Assembly (NCBI GenBank): GCA_905178155.1
Contig: CAJINV010000019.1
Coordinates: 852,913 to 916,912, forward strand
Reading direction: 5' to 3'
DNA length: 64,000 nt
Source of the DNA: Amoebophrya sp. A120
Lineage: Eukaryota; Protista; Dinoflagellata
Position 1 is the stretch's first letter. Every line of letters begins with the position of its first letter. The notes under the pieces were generated by a model. That model ran no database searches. It saw only the letters and a program-made list of their open reading frames with translations, and was not told the origin of the DNA. Made by a program: the position numbers and the translations under genes. Positions 36,501 through 60,888 of the stretch are shown here, piece after piece.

Positions 36501-36882
36501 CAAAGTTCGTCGGGCACATGCACAAATTTGCGTCGGGCAGCGCCTCGTACTTCCGGCCCGGGCACACGGCGCAGTCGAGGATCTCCGTGTCCTGCACGTC
36601 CCCCGTCTGCGTCCAGCGGAACACCCGCATGTTCTTCTTGCTCCCGTGCTCCAAAATCCGCGAGCCGATGTACTGGTACGCTTGGTAATAGGTGTTCTCG
36701 TGGCCAGTAGCGTCGATCGATCCGTAGCGCTCGACGGAAAAACTAGTTGTTGTGTCCGTCGCGGTGGTCTGGGCGTAAGCGGTGTTTCTCGAGTTTTTGT
36801 CGTAGAGCAGGAGCAGCAGGGCCACAAAGCAGCGCCGGTACAGGGCCGCGGGAACGAAAAGACGGGAGTAGGACATAATCAT
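33579..36882 (-). CDS. Secreted NHL-repeat-containing protein
   Basis: N-terminal hydrophobic signal; GRQGYFDG...FNGPMGISLGRHGIYIADTNNHAVRFL; VMTLAG; 4 introners. Confidence 0.7.
34070..34349. mobile_element. Introner family B
   Basis: DR ctcca. Confidence 0.9.
34388..34546. mobile_element. Introner family A
   Basis: DR attga. Confidence 0.9.
34587..34853. mobile_element. Introner family B
   Basis: DR tgctc. Confidence 0.9.
35456..35708. mobile_element. Introner family A with a 98-bp internal insertion
   Basis: DR gggac/gcgac. Confidence 0.88.
35833..36153. mobile_element. 321-bp retroposed insertion with 21-bp TSD inside an intron of the NHL gene
   Basis: ggtgacgaacatctattaaga at 35812-35832 and 36154-36174; body homologous to 868-1044. 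Confidence 0.8.
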
Positions 36883-37611
36883 GATGATGGGTAAGAGCCC
36901 TTACTTTAGGTAAGACTTTCTGTTTCTCCTCGTCGTGGTCGCGTCAGTTTTTCTAACCCGCAAACTGTAGACCACGCATCCAACTGATTAAGGCGATGTT
37001 GGCCTTCAGGAAACCATACACGTCATCAAGCATCTTATTTCCCTCAAGAGCCGCTGCACTCCGCAGAAAATTCACTCGGAATTGTCAGTTCTTGTTCTTT
37101 CGGGCACTCATGGTCATGGTCGACGGCACACTTAATTTCAATATACCAAAAGTAGACCTTTTCTTGTCCTCTAGCAAGAAGCGCGCTCTTTTCATCGTCT
37201 TTCGATATTGATCACAAATCAGAACAAGAAGAAGCCACAGAGACATAGTGAAGGAGCGTCAGCGCCGCGCCCTTCTCTCCGGAGAGTGGGTCGTGGACTT
37301 CCGCTGTCCTTTGGAAGTGAAAAACTCGCTTCGCTTTCGCTTGAAAAAATTGATACGCTTTTTACAATTATGTTGGTCGTGTTCCCTTGAGGAATCCTGT
37401 TCCTACGTTATTCCCCCATGTAGAACCAACTACTTCAAGCTTTACTCGAGGTTTGTCGCTTAGTACAGTGAGTTAGTGAATCTGTACCTGGTATTAATAT
37501 TCTTATTTGCAGGCGATAAAGTTTTTGACTTTAATGCTTTGCGTCATTTAGGTGGTAGACATGATGTGCAATTTTTTGCGTGGACATTGCAGGACACCCC
37601 CCAATTCATCT

Positions 37612-40267
37612 TTACTGGTACAAGTGGTCGTAGCAAGCCGCGTTTCTTTCAGTTTTGTCCACGACCCCATGACCATTCACAGCACCATTGCTGCTCGCGA
37701 CATGCCTTGCTGGCGCCCCGTTATGTATTTGCTGCTGTTGATGACCTTGACCTCCACGTCCGTTAGCAATTATCCTGTCGTGCGGCTGAAACATTTTTAC
37801 ATTCTCGTCCCCGTTGCTGTCGCTTCCGGATGAAGATCCACATCCACCTGCCCCGCCAGGAGTTTTACTATTTCTACCAGCATCCAAAAGCAGATTATTC
37901 CCTACTTGGCCGCTCCGCATTTTCCGTTTCATCAGTTTCGCGGCTTGCCTCCTCGAAATTTCTGAGCGCGACTTGACTGTGTGCTGCAGCAGCTTCTGCT
38001 GGTACGCCGGAAAGTCGTGTGCCTGCACCCATGGCGGGCGGAAGCGCTCGGCGTTCTCGATACCGTCGAAATCGATATCGGAATCATCATCGCTCGAGGA
38101 AGAGGAACTGGAGGAGGAACTGGAGGAATAGCCCTGTGAAGATGCAGAGTCACTAAAAGTAGAACGCTTCAGTGACGATGAAAACACCGAAATCTTCCAC
38201 GATGGAGTTCAACCAAGAGTATGCGTTGCAAAAGCATCAAGACTAGCTACTGATGCATAGGACCACCTCTATCTCTATGCTTCAGAAGATTAAACAAGTC
38301 AGAAACGAAATGAAATTCGATACACAAAAAAAAAACGAAAAAATACGTCGTCACTCTCCATCGGGTACTTCTGGTCTAAATACTTCGCTCGGTCGTAGCA
38401 TTCTGGTCGGTACTTTTTCAATTGGCTCAGCCACCGCTGCGCCAGCATGTGTCGCTGCTTCCGGGTCACCTTCCAGACCTCGTCAAATTCTGCGTAGCCG
38501 CAAAAGTTCTGTGTGATGGCGATCGAATCTTCCAGGTTCACAACCCCGTGCCACCAGTTCTGGGGCACGAAAATCACCTCACCGCGACGCTGGACCTCTT
38601 CGTAGCTGATAGTTTACGGTATAATTTGGCCATGGGAATGACAGTAGAAGATAGAATGTTGAGCTTGAGAGAAGAACGTAGCAGATGCAGATTGTGATTG
38701 CAATGCGGAAAACTAAGTAAAACAATTGTTGAAGGTAGAAAGTTTTCAACTGATGTTTGTCAAACGCCACTGACTGACAGCACAAAAAAAAATTTCAAAA
38801 ATCTATACATCCTGACGTCCTTGTTTTCCAGCACAATCTGGTCCTTGATCCTGGGCAGGATGTTCAAAAAGTAGTCAATCGCCTCGTCGTCCTCGTGTTT
38901 CAACCGCAATTCCTTCGATTTGACCAGTTTTTTGTCCACCTGTGGCTCGAACAAGACCCATCTCTTCGCGCCCGTCACGACCGCGTTCCAGGCGGACGTC
39001 CCAAGTGGGTCTTTGTGCACCGTCGTTCCCGACCGCTTGGGGCCGATACAGAACCAGCGGTACGGGGGTTTCTTGTCGGCACCGACAAGGTTGAAAAAAT
39101 CAAACGGCATAATGTCCGGCACGGTGAAATCAGATAGAAGCGTGTTGCTACCCGTTTCCTCCTGCAACGCGGACTGAAACAAATAGATCGGCGAGTCGTC
39201 GCGCTGTTTCCTGCAGTAGTCCGCGAAGTACTTGAATTTTATGCGCAATCTATCCTGAGCCAAAACATCCCCACCCCAGAGTTGTCATGCGAAAACGCAT
39301 GCTCAAAATGTTTGTCGTGCGAAGCCCCATGACAGGTATTTTCTGTTCGTGTTTTGGAATTTGTAATGATCCAATCAGCATGGCAGGCAAGATTTGTGAT
39401 GCTTCTGAGCGAGGAGGTAAACAGGATTACAGTACGAGAACGAACCTGTCATGCGCAACGCCGTAAGCTTGTAGATTTGTCTAGCAAATTTCCCATCTTG
39501 AATATGGGGTGGGGACGTTTTTCCTCAGGATACAATCTCCTCCCAGCGTCGTCCTCCCCGCACTTGAATTGCTGGTGGGGGAATCGTTTTTCTAAATGTT
39601 CCAAAGTCCAATTTTCCATGGCGGGCCATCCGTCCATGCAGCCCGTGACAATCACCGGCGTTTTTGTGACCATGAATTCTTCGTAAAACTGTTCCGGTGT
39701 GTAAGCGTCGCGATTTATCCTTTTTATCCCTCTCGCCCTAGTCCCAAAACTGCACCAGTTTTTGTTCCACTCGGTTAGTTTCTCCACCGTTTTCTTGCCG
39801 TAGTGGTTCTGCCCGTCCCACATGTCCGCATTGATCTCCGTTCGGTGCTTCTTCTTCACGTTCCAGATCCGGTTCGCCGTTCTCCTGTGGTCGAAGGGCA
39901 CTTGCGGAAACTGGCAGGGGACGGCGTACCGCTTCCTCGGTGGCATTGGAACTTTTGCCGGGGCGGAAGTCGTACTCTGCTTCGACCCGGTGGGCTGAAT
40001 CGAGAACACCGTCGGGGGGCCGAGAGCAGAGGAAGACCCCTCAGGGCGTGCTGTTGCGTGGATCGCATTTTGATTTGTATACTGCTGGTGATCCGACGAG
40101 CTTGTGCTCATCGAAGAGTTGATGTTGTTTTGCATGTTTAAATCGCAGTTTTCCATGAACATCGTCGACACTCGTTCTCCACTGGAAGCGAAAAGCAGAC
40201 CGTCGCAATGGGTACTATCCGCGTCGGAGTGGTTCGGATCGGAATTCGTGGTGGAGGAGAGAGTCAT
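37612..40267 (-). CDS. JMJD6: JmjC-domain protein JMJD6 (start codon uncertain)
   Basis: FKCGEDD, DDSPIYLF, PPYRWFCIGPKRSGTTVHKDPLGTSAWN, IFVPQNWWHGVVNLEDSIAITQNF, C-terminal poly-Ser. Confidence 0.92.
39251..39532. mobile_element. Introner family G (TIR tatcctgag..aaaac.tccccacccca) in JMJD6
   Basis: DR caatc; restores GRRLRIKFKYF. Confidence 0.92.
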
Positions 40268-42178
40268 AATGTTCTTTCTGGAGGCAGAAGAGGATGACGT
40301 ACTTCTTGTACTGCTACTGTAATAATTGTTCCGGCGATAGTATTTCAGTTTCGTCAGGACAATGGTCGTGTATCTCTGCACGGGATAAACGCTGCTAATA
40401 AGCAACTGGGAAACCGCGAGGGCGAGTCGAAACAAATGCCACCACGGGTTGAAGTTGGTTCGGACCTTTTGATTCTGATGTTCCGCGCCAACCTTTGTTG
40501 TCGTTGTGCAAATTGAGCTCGTGATTTCTCGTTGCGAATGCCTCTGCCCGGTGTGACGATGTCGTTGGCTCAGGTCGTCAAGATGGTCTTTGTGGTAAAA
40601 CTGAACAGGGTAGTTAATGTTCGGGTTGCCGCGATGAAAGTTCGATTTATCCTTGTAGGCCGGTCGTGGTAGAAGGAAAGGCGAATCTTCGCGTGAAGAT
40701 GAGCGTCTGCTGCAACTCCTCCTCGGAGACCCCACAATTTTTGACACAATTCAGAGGTTTCTATCTAATTCGATAAGCTTTTACGGTTCAAAAAATGTTA
40801 TACAACTAGCTAAAGTATTCTTGCCTTAGCGTTACAACTTGCTGGGCAGATGCAATGAATTGATCATACTCTACTCGCCATACCTACTCCCGCTTCTGCA
40901 GCCTAACAACTATTGCCGTGCCTGTGTTAAGAAGTCGTAGAAAGGATAAGGATGGAGATATATTTATAGGGCGCCGCTTTGAAGGGCGGAAAAAGTAGAA
41001 ACAGATTTTGATGACCTCCCAGTCCAGCAAATCTATCGCGTAGCAGATCACTACGGCCCCGGCTGATCGCAAATGAATGCCCGGTCGCACCAGCAGGCTG
41101 ATCTTGTGATCACGAGTATAATTTCTTTTGGTTTTGCCTCTGTTCGGACCGCGATCTGGAACTCTTTCAAAAAGGGGTCGCAAAGTACTTCAACTTCTGG
41201 GGGAAAAGGGAATAAGAACGGTGTGAAGATTATGTGGGTACAATTTTTCTGGGTTATTGGATTCGGGGGGTCAGTGTCCTGGAAAAGGTTTGAGGATTGT
41301 CGCGGATTTTTCAAAGATCAATCTTGAAGGGGGTGGGGCCGCCACCTTGTAGTTCTTGTCGTTCGGTTCATCACGATTCTAGTAAAGCTTCTTCTCGTTC
41401 TTCATCTTTTACGTCTTGCCAGTACGGTGTCAGTGGAAAACGTCACGACAACATTTTTTCTTCATTTTCGAACGAAACGGAAGAAGAACGCACCAAAACC
41501 GAACGATTAAAACGAAACTAGGGCACGAAGTGACCGATGATGAGTACAACTTGGCTTTAAACTCTACTGTCGCGGAAATTGTCCACCTTCAATGGGGAAA
41601 GTCTACGTATCATGTGGGTGGACCTCGAGAACAAATCTTCCAGGTTGACGTTGAGCCCACGAAATTCATCAAATACCGGAGCTCCTTCCCTTTGTGTTTC
41701 TTATTCTTGCCCTTTGCCTTGACATACTCGAAATACATTTGGCTTTTGGTTGTGACTTCTGTTTTCAGAATATCCGGAATAAACAAGCCTTAAACAACTA
41801 CTGAGAGACACTGTGTGATGGCCTGTAGCACTAGAAAAAATGCAAGATTCGCTTCACTGTAGATGTAGTTCTTGTCTACTCTGTCACTCTGCTGTATGAA
41901 CTGAATGGTGTCCTCGGTGTGAAAATAGTAAAAGCACTTTTTCAGTGATGGAATCACCTTTCGAAACATTTTTGAGCAGCACATGAATTTCTTGACGTGA
42001 TAGTTGTCTGGCATTCGCATTCTCAGCCTGAGCGCTGGATAATTTTTAGCCAGCAAGTAATTGTACAAAGAAAGTGATTTACGTTGTATGTCAGTCAGGG
42101 CACAATAGGAACTACTAAGTACGGCTCATTGAATATGACTACTAGGCTCGGTAGTACATCCATATCTTCAATTATCCG

Positions 42179-52516
<10,338 letters not shown>

Positions 52517-53444
52517 GGTCGTGGGATGGTTGTGCTGTAAGGAGTCAGGCCATCGATAGGGAAATCTTCTGCCCCAGCAGGAAATTTTTGTACTTAAATG
52601 CAAGCCCTCTTATCAAAGAGAGTAGTAGGGGGTCACTCCTCCACACGACACGCAGACGCGCTCACGACCACGCAAAAAGAATTTATTTATTACGGAGGAC
52701 TCAAAAAAGCAAAAAAAAATCGCACTCTTTTCACACACTCAGACGACGCTTCTTCCCTCGCCCTCTGCAAACGACAATGAATGAAAATAATGGAGGAGGA
52801 GTTGGCAAAACTGAAAAAACTTCCTAAAAAAGAAAAAAAAACCACAAGAAAATCGCCCCCGTACTGCTTAAAACAGCCTCTTCTGAACAGGAGCCACAAC
52901 CACAACGCAGGAGCCATCACTTCACGACCTTGATGCTGTGATGTTGTTCTGGCATCCGGAGCATGATCAGCTTACTCCTTTTCGTTGTGGTTCGTTGCTC
53001 CGGCCACGCCCGTTTTTGTGGAGTCAGTGCCCGCGCAACGGCAACCGCCCCCGTACTTCTATCATTCAAGAACTGTTAGTGGAAATAGACAAATTGTCCG
53101 GAAAAGTGCAGTTCAAAGTCAAGTTCAAGTTGGCAGCGGTGCATTCGTTTTCGTTCGAAACAAATCTTGCAGAAATCATACACCTCGTCCAGCATTTTGA
53201 TTTTCAAAAATCTACTGCCTTCATTTGAAATAAACGCATTCAGCTGACAGTCTAGTATTAATTACGGTTGTGAAGATAACGTGTTAAGTATCAACTTCTT
53301 AATTTACGTAGCGGTCACTTCGTATCAGACCACTCAGAGTAACTGTTTTTCGTTCAGGATAGGGAAGTTCTCTCATAAACTTTCGCCTGCGCTCCAAGGC
53401 CGAGCCTAGTGTAGAGAGCAAGCTCATGATCTGTGTCTAGTTCT

Positions 53445-56400
53445 CTAAATGGCAACTACCGAAGCCGACCTTTTCGCGCCCCACCACGGCCTCCTCAGTC
53501 CTCCGCATCTTGTCCAAAAACGGTCGGCCTGCTGAAACTGTTCGTCAGGACTTTCTTTTTCTCCTGCTTTTTTTTCGCCTGTTTGCGATTCGCGGTTGCA
53601 AAGGTGTCGCGCGACAAGAAAAACCCGTCGGCAAAGAAGGGCTTGGCTTTCGGAATAGCCGTGGTCGTGGTGGAGGTGCCGGGCTGTTAGATTTGTTGTG
53701 ATTTCACTTTTTGCATGGGTACTAGGCTTTCTGTCGCTTTCGAGATTATCGTGATCGCATGACAAAGACAAACAAGGCAGGGCTGATCGTGAACTCATCT
53801 GTAGTAGTTCTTGCATATGAGTGTAGTACCTTCTTTTTCATCCTCTCTGTCTTGATCAGATGCGGGTCTTGGTACTTTAGCGTCGGAAAAGAATCCCAGA
53901 CATTCTTGGACTGCTGATACAGGGCGAGAACGTCCGTTTTTTTCGTACCTGGATAATGAAGCATGGTCGAATTATCTTCACGATTAATTTTTCCGAGTTT
54001 GTCATGCGTGATAGGTACTTAGTGATAGTGACGACTTCAACTTCAACGCACATACCATCTCCATCTCGTGGTCGTGAAAAATAACAATCAATTACAATTT
54101 ATCAATACTATGCGCCCGCATCGGCAGTCTGGACCCGTGCACGATGGCGTTCATGCGATCTGCTCTCATCCTCAATTCCATTGCCTTCTTTCGTGCCGCC
54201 CTCTGGTATGAATGTGCACAACTCCCCCTCCCCCTCATTTGTGATGCAAAACCCCAAATCCAAGCGCGTCCCTGTGGCACTATTTGCATCACAGATTCCG
54301 GAAGCCCAAACAGTACTACACTAGGCGCATTAATTTGCCATGCATAGGCTCCACATGTGGTGGTGTTCGTATTGCTGTCCATGCCATACAAATGGGGGAA
54401 GGGGGAGTTGTGCACTTTCATATCTGGTTCTTCGAGCTCATTGCCTCCGCGGCCTCTTCGATCATATCCTGTGCAAAAGTCTCGTAGTAATCGCAATCAT
54501 GCATTACAAATCTCCCTCTTAATCGAAATCCGCATTACAAATTCCAATTTTCATGCTGAGGGAATTTGTCATGCGATTTATACTAGTACGATGATTTTGC
54601 ATTGCATAGATCAGGTAATTCCTCAACTTTTTCGCGTCCAGCCGCGCTTCCCGCGCGAGGGCCGGGGTGGATTCGGAAACGAAAAAGTTTCGGTTTTTCT
54701 TCATCCGCCGCTCGTGCGCGGAGGGCGGGCCTGGCGGGAGTCGGAGGTTGGGATTGAAACTTGTTGAACTCAGAATCTTTTGGTCTCGGTCGTCGACTTC
54801 CAATTGCTGGAGCTTCAGCTGTTCGGCGACAAGCTGGTGCAGTTCCCGCTCTTCCCGGTGCCAGTAATCATTGTCCGACCACTTTAAACCGCACACAATG
54901 TTCTCGAAGTAGTCCACCCGCTGAATTTCGTACTCGTCCCCGTCGATCGCAAGCGTTTGGCGAGATGTGAAAGCCACGGAAGGGGGCCCTTGGCTACCTG
55001 GAAGAGGTTGCATCTTTTTTTGTCAAGGGATCTAGTTGAACATGACTACAAGGATGAACAAATCGCTACACGCAGTGAACATCGAAAACGTCCCCTGTCA
55101 AAAACATTTATCACAAGGACGCTAGTATCCTCGTACTAAGTACCTTCCTGCGGCGGTAGATTCAGCCAGGTGCAGATCCCGTCCCGCACGACAATGTCGA
55201 GTCCCGAATCCGAGCTCCACCGCCCGTCCAAATCGTACACGGACCGCAATTCCTTTCCCACTGTGGAACTCTGCTTTTTGTTGTCCATTTCCGACAGCTA
55301 TCCTGTGCAAAAGCATCGTATCTGTTAGTAGTAATTGCATTACAAATTAGCTCAGCATGACAAATGGAATTTGTCATCCTGTTTCACCTTGGAACGGAAA
55401 TTTGTAATGCATACCTGCAATTACTACGAGTACGATACTTTTGCAGTGCATAACAACACTCGCTTTTCCGCGAGATTTCTGTCGTGCTCCAGCAGGAGCA
55501 TCTCCTGCTTCTCCGCAAACTCCTCTGCTGTTGGACTGGGTTGGAAAATCCGGGGCGGCGAAGCCGGAACAGAAAGTTGCTCCTTAAGAGTTGGCGTGCT
55601 AGAACTGGAACCTCTTGCAGCTGAAACAAACTCCAACGGCTCTTCGAACCGGTTTTGCGGCAGTTGCGGTTGCGTGCCGGCAGTTGCTATGCTTTCCGCA
55701 TTGAAGCTCCTTGATGTTCCGTCCATGCTCGACTGCGCAGCTTCGGAGATGAACAACGCCGGATGTTGCTGTTGCTTCGGAAGAACTTCGGTATTCCCGA
55801 AATTAGTCGCGCTGTTCGTCGCAGGCACCTTTCCATCTTGCTGTTCTTTCGCGAAGCCTTCCTTCGTTGTCTTGATGTTCTGTGCACCAGTTGTTGCTGG
55901 TCGTGATGTTCCTCCTGTCCCGCTACTTGTATTACCCTTTGTGGTCGTTTCCGCGATCAGTTTTTTCGTCGCCAGCGACACTGCTGCGGTCGGGGAATTG
56001 TTATACCTCCCTGTTTCAAACAAAAACATCTTGTCTTGCTCCAGCTGCTGCATCTCCGTGTAGGTCTTTTTTGTCGCCTCCCGCGCTTTCTTCGCATCAA
56101 CAGCGATCTGCTTCAACGTTTCCGCATCGTTTTTCACGACGTTCTTTGCTCGCGCGCGCAGGGAGGAAACATCCGGCGCAGAGACGCGGGGAACGGTTAT
56201 CCCCGGGGAGGGCGGTCGGGAAAATTGTTTTACCTTTTTGGAAGAGGATGTTATTGACGTTAATCCTTGTTGGCTGCTGGTAGTGTCGAAAAGGTTGTTT
56301 CTCGCCGACCCTTTCGTGACTGGCGTCCCCGGATGTCGTGTGAAGTCGACTTGCACTGCCTGTGACGCTTGCTCCACCTTAATATTTGCCGCTGTTGCAG

Positions 56401-59400
56401 TTCCGTCTGCTTGTGCGACACCTGTCGAGCCAGGCGCGGTCTGCGCACTACTCAACGCTGCTTCCCGCAAGGAAGAGGAACTGGGTTCTTGCGTAGGTTC
56501 TTCCACCGGCGTTTCCAAAGTAATTTGCTCTTTTCTCGCTGGGGCCGCGAGAATGGTACCACCTGCAGATTCGGATCCTCTCGAACGTTGCTGTTGCCGC
56601 TCTTGCTGATGTTCTTGAGAGACCACTAAATTATCCGCGTTGCTGTTTATCCTCACGCGGACTGGCTTGCTGTCCGTGACCCCGACGTATCAACTGTAAA
56701 AATGTCTGGGTCTGGAAGGTTCGAACTTGTTATGCTGCATGTGGATTCCAAAAAAATCTGTCTTGCATGAGCAGCCAAGGGAATGCAATTTTTGCTACGC
56801 GGAGAGGGCATTTGTCATGCGGATTAGGCATCGCGAAGCCCTCAAAAAAGCTGTGATGCTAGGGCATGCATCACGGACATCGTGGCCAATGCAAAACATG
56901 CATGACTAGTCTCAGAATCTTCCAGACCCAGACATTTTTACATTTGATACGACGTACCCGGCAACCATGGCCAATTCGTCGTCCTCGGGATAGTATGGAT
57001 TGTAAAAATGTCTGGGTCTGGAAACTTGTGATGCTGGGTGGCGTATCATGAAGAGGCCACAAATGCTGGCTCAGCATGACAACCTTTTGAGCTTCTAGGT
57101 TTTGCTTATTCTGCATGACAAACTGCGTCTCTGCATGACAGCAAAATGGGGGTCTTGGGAAACGTGCATGACAGATTTAAGAGTCATGCCAGACTACAAT
57201 GACAAATCTCGCAATCTCCCAGACCCAGACATTTTTACATTTGATAGATAGGTAATTGGGTACGGCGGATAGACATTGACACCACCTCTTTGAGAATGAT
57301 CAACATCTGCCCCCGGCGGCGCAATCACCAACTCGCTCGCCAGCCGGTCGGTACTCGGGTCGACCAGGTAGAAGTTCCGGTGTTCGTATGCACTGCAAAA
57401 GCATCGCTCTAGTAGAAAAGGCATGACAAATTTTCTCAGCATGAGAAATGAAATTTGTAATGGGGATTGAACTTGACAGAAACATTTGTCATGGTGCATA
57501 AATGCGATTAGTACGAGTACGATGCTTTCGCACAGGATATTTCGTCCTCGACGACTATCGGCTCCGTGTCTTCGTCCTCCCGCACTCGCAGCATCTTCCT
57601 CTGGCCTTCCTCCAACTCTTCTGCGCTTGCGTTGTGGTCGTTCGGGCGAAAAAACTCTTGCCGGACCTTCTCGTGTATCAAATGCAAAAATGTCTGGGTC
57701 TGGAAGAGTCATGCTATTTTTCCATGGCACAGAAGGTCTGGCATGACAAATCCCCCAGTTTGGTGACAGAAACTGGGCAGCTTTTGGTTTTGCTACCTAC
57801 GCTGCATGAGAGATTTTTCTATGTATGTTCATCTGCAATGCGCATCACAAATTACGTCCTTCCAGACCCAGAGATTTTTGCATTTGATATCGTGCAGTCG
57901 CGGGTAGTTGATGTCATCGGCTGCTGTGCCGTCCTCGTTGGCTCTAGTTCTGCCATGGAGATCTTCTCCTGCCACAGTAGTTCCAAGCACGGTCGCTTCC
58001 GCTTGTAGTTCGTGCACCGGTATGTCGTTGTGCTTCTTGATCGCTTCGTCATCTTCGTTTTTGTATGAACTGCAAAAGTATCGCACTCGTATAAATGCAT
58101 TACAAATTTCCTCAGCATGAGAAATAAAATTTGTAATGCTGATTCAGCTTAAGAACAAGATTTGTAATGCATGATTGCAATACGAGTACGATACTTTTGC
58201 ACAGGATATTTTGCTCAGGATCCGCTCGATCGTGGACAGTTCGTTGCGGACCACCGTCGCTGGGGATGGCTGCACTAGCAAATCGCCGTGATTGTCGTAA
58301 TTCGGCAGCTGGTCGAGGGTATGCAATGCAAAATAAGTATCGCACTCGTATAAATGCATGACAAATTTCCTCAGCATGAGAAATAAAATTTGTCATGCGG
58401 ATTTACCTTAAGAAGAAGATTTGTAATGCATGATTGCAATTACTACGAGTACGATACTTTTGCACAGGATAGAGCGGTGACTGGCCGGTCTGCACCGACG
58501 CGGAGATATCCGAGCCAAGTTGCTCCAGCTCTGATGCTATCCAGTGCAAAAGTACTATCGCACTAATCCTGCAACTGCTTGCTGCAAGAACGACCATGCA
58601 TGACACAGGTCTGCCTTCTTAACGAGTACGTAACCATCAAAACTGCATGACAACACAATCTCATTTTTGCCTCTGAAACTCGTGACGCGTACTTGATTTC
58701 CTAGTACAAGCAGAAGTACGATACTTTTGCATTTATGCGTAGACGCAGACTTCGAAGAACTAGTCGCAACCCCGAGCAGATTCCTTCTCTCCCGTTTCCG
58801 TCGTCTCTGCCGCAATCGGTCCAAGGCGTTATCAAAAGGAAAAATCCCCCCTCCCCATATCGAAGAGGAAATCTGTGCTGCTGGATTTGCGTACACCAAT
58901 CAGATTTGTCTTGCTGTAGAGGACTGCACGCAGATCGCAAGCCTAGATAGGGGCCTTTTGGTGTAGGTGCATAGCATGGTAGACCGCTGCCCTGTAGTCC
59001 TTACAGCATTACAAATCGCCTGCATAGAGTGGCGGAGAGCCTTGATTTACCTTCTCGCAAGACAGTCAGGATTTGTGGCCACAAATCTGCATCACAAATT
59101 TTCAGAAGTAGATACGTTTTCAATATGGGGAGGGGGGATTTTTCCTTACAGTAGGCGTTGCCGGACTCCCTCTTCCTCCGTTCCGACTCCACCCACGCAG
59201 CTACAGGGTTATCAAATGTAAAAATGTCTGGGTCTGGAAGGATGTGAAGTTGTGATGCGCATTTCACAACACACAGAAATCTCTCATGCATAGGCAGCAA
59301 AAGATGCCCGCCTCTTGTCACCAAAGTGGGGGATTTTTCATGCGGATTAGGCATTGCAGAACCTTCTCGAAATCTGTGATGCTAAGGCTGCCATGCCAGA

Positions 59401-60818
59401 CCTTCTGTGTCATGCAAAAACAGCATCGCATCTTCCAGACCCAGACATTTTTGCAATCCATAAGAGTTGTTGGATTTCAACTTCTTCCTCCTCTCGCTGT
59501 CTCGCCGCAACTTCTCCTCCTTATCTTCCTTTTCCTGCAGTTTCCGCTCCTGATTCGACTTCGCCCAGTCGTGTTTGAATTTTTCGAGAATCGAAAAAGA
59601 CTTTTTCTCCTTCTGATACGAGCCTTTTCCTCCATTTGGTGCACTTGTTCTTACATCGTTGTCCCAATCTGGGGAAGTAGCGGTAGATCCGTTTATCAAA
59701 TGCAAAAATGTCTGGGTCTGGAAGAATGCACCTTGTCATGCTAAATCTGAAGCATGCAAAAATCTGTGTTGCATGACTACCAAAAGTCGTCCACTTATGA
59801 CCAAGTCGGGAGGGGGTTTCTCATGCAGGATAGACATGAGAGAGATCGCACAGAATCTGTCACGCTAAGTCCTGCATTCCAGACCTCATGGGTCATGGAA
59901 AAGCTGCACCATGACAAGTCGCGCATTCTTCCAGACCCAGACATTTTTCCACTTGATACCGTTCGATTTCGACCGAATCCGCCGTGTTTTCGAGTCCCTC
60001 TGTATCGACGACAAAGCGTCGTCGCGCCGCATGCGAAAACGCTCCGCAAGAGACTGGTTCTTCAGATCGTATTCATTTTTGTCTTTCTCGTTGTAGGCCG
60101 CGGTTGGATCTATTTCTGCCTGTTGCTTATTTCCTGAATTCTTACTGGATGACGAAGAGTTGTAGCCTGTCGTAGTAGTTTCGCCGGCACGACCGAATCT
60201 GTGATAAGATCATATCATCACTTTCTTTTCGCGTTATTCATTGATGCAGCTGTGCAAATAAAGGACTGGTGCGCACACTATTTCTGAGATCACGCAAACC
60301 CCGCATCTTCACAAAGAACTTCCTACTCGCAACTTTCTTCAACAGAGCAGACTACCTTGTAGTACTTACACAGCTTTACAATGTACTTTTACTTTGTATA
60401 CCTTGCCCGCAAATACTCCTCATTCCCGGTGGAGTAATTCTCGTTCCCCGACGCCGATCCCGAAGAAGTGGCTCCACCCCCGTGTCGGTCCAGATACGCG
60501 TTCCGCGCCAGCTCCTTTTCCCACCTGCGTTGCTGCTCATCTGGATCTATGCATTGCAAAAGGATAGTACTCGTATAAACGCGAGTCTAGCATTACAGAT
60601 CTGCTTTTTATAGCTAAATCTGCATGACAAATTTCGTTTTTCTTCTAAGAAAAATAAATTTGTCATGCAATTCATACTAGTACGATACTTTTGCATTGCA
60701 TAAGATCCTCGATCAGCGACAGGTGCGCATACTGGAAATTCGTCACCGCACGGAGCGCTTCTTCGTAGGAGGACTCGATCTCCTTTTTGGAGGGCACACG
60801 GATGGCGCCTTGAACCAT
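53445..60818 (-). CDS. Large hypothetical protein interrupted by 14 introners (3' end uncertain)
   Basis: MVQGAIRVPSKK...IEDLDEQQRRWEKELAR; checked junctions join in frame after element + DR removal except at 58538. Confidence 0.55.
54207..54422. mobile_element. Introner family F
   Basis: DR tctgg. Confidence 0.9.
54465..54608. mobile_element. Introner family A
   Basis: DR gatca. Confidence 0.9.
55299..55452. mobile_element. Introner family A
   Basis: DR acagc/acaac. Confidence 0.9.
56688..56949. mobile_element. Introner family B
   Basis: DR cgacg. Confidence 0.9.
56994..57246. mobile_element. Introner family B
   Basis: DR gatag. Confidence 0.9.
57387..57539. mobile_element. Introner family A
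   Basis: DR gttcg/tttcg. Confidence 0.88.
57676..57889. mobile_element. Introner family B
   Basis: DR tcgtg. Confidence 0.9.
58064..58208. mobile_element. Introner family A
   Basis: DR ttttg. Confidence 0.9.
58320..58471. mobile_element. Introner family A
   Basis: DR gaggg/gagcg. Confidence 0.9.
58538..58733. mobile_element. Introner family A-like with damaged right end
   Basis: Left TIR intact; right TIR lacks terminal bases; DR gatgc/tatgc. Confidence 0.7.
58830..59153. mobile_element. Introner family C
   Basis: DR ggcgt. Confidence 0.9.
59210..59462. mobile_element. Introner family B
   Basis: DR agggt/agagt. Confidence 0.9.
59694..59958. mobile_element. Introner family B
   Basis: DR ccgtt. 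Confidence 0.9.
60548..60702. mobile_element. Introner family A
   Basis: DR ggatc/agatc. Confidence 0.9.
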
Positions 60819-60888
60819 GAGTTTCGGTCGAAATGAATAAGCGACGACAAAGTCCAAGAGTGGAAGTTGTTGTGCTACTTACACTTAG

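Noticed and set aside
41500-42068. Gene between JMJD6 and PKG
   Set aside because: Short broken ORFs without recognisable motifs; may be a decayed element but cannot be supported.
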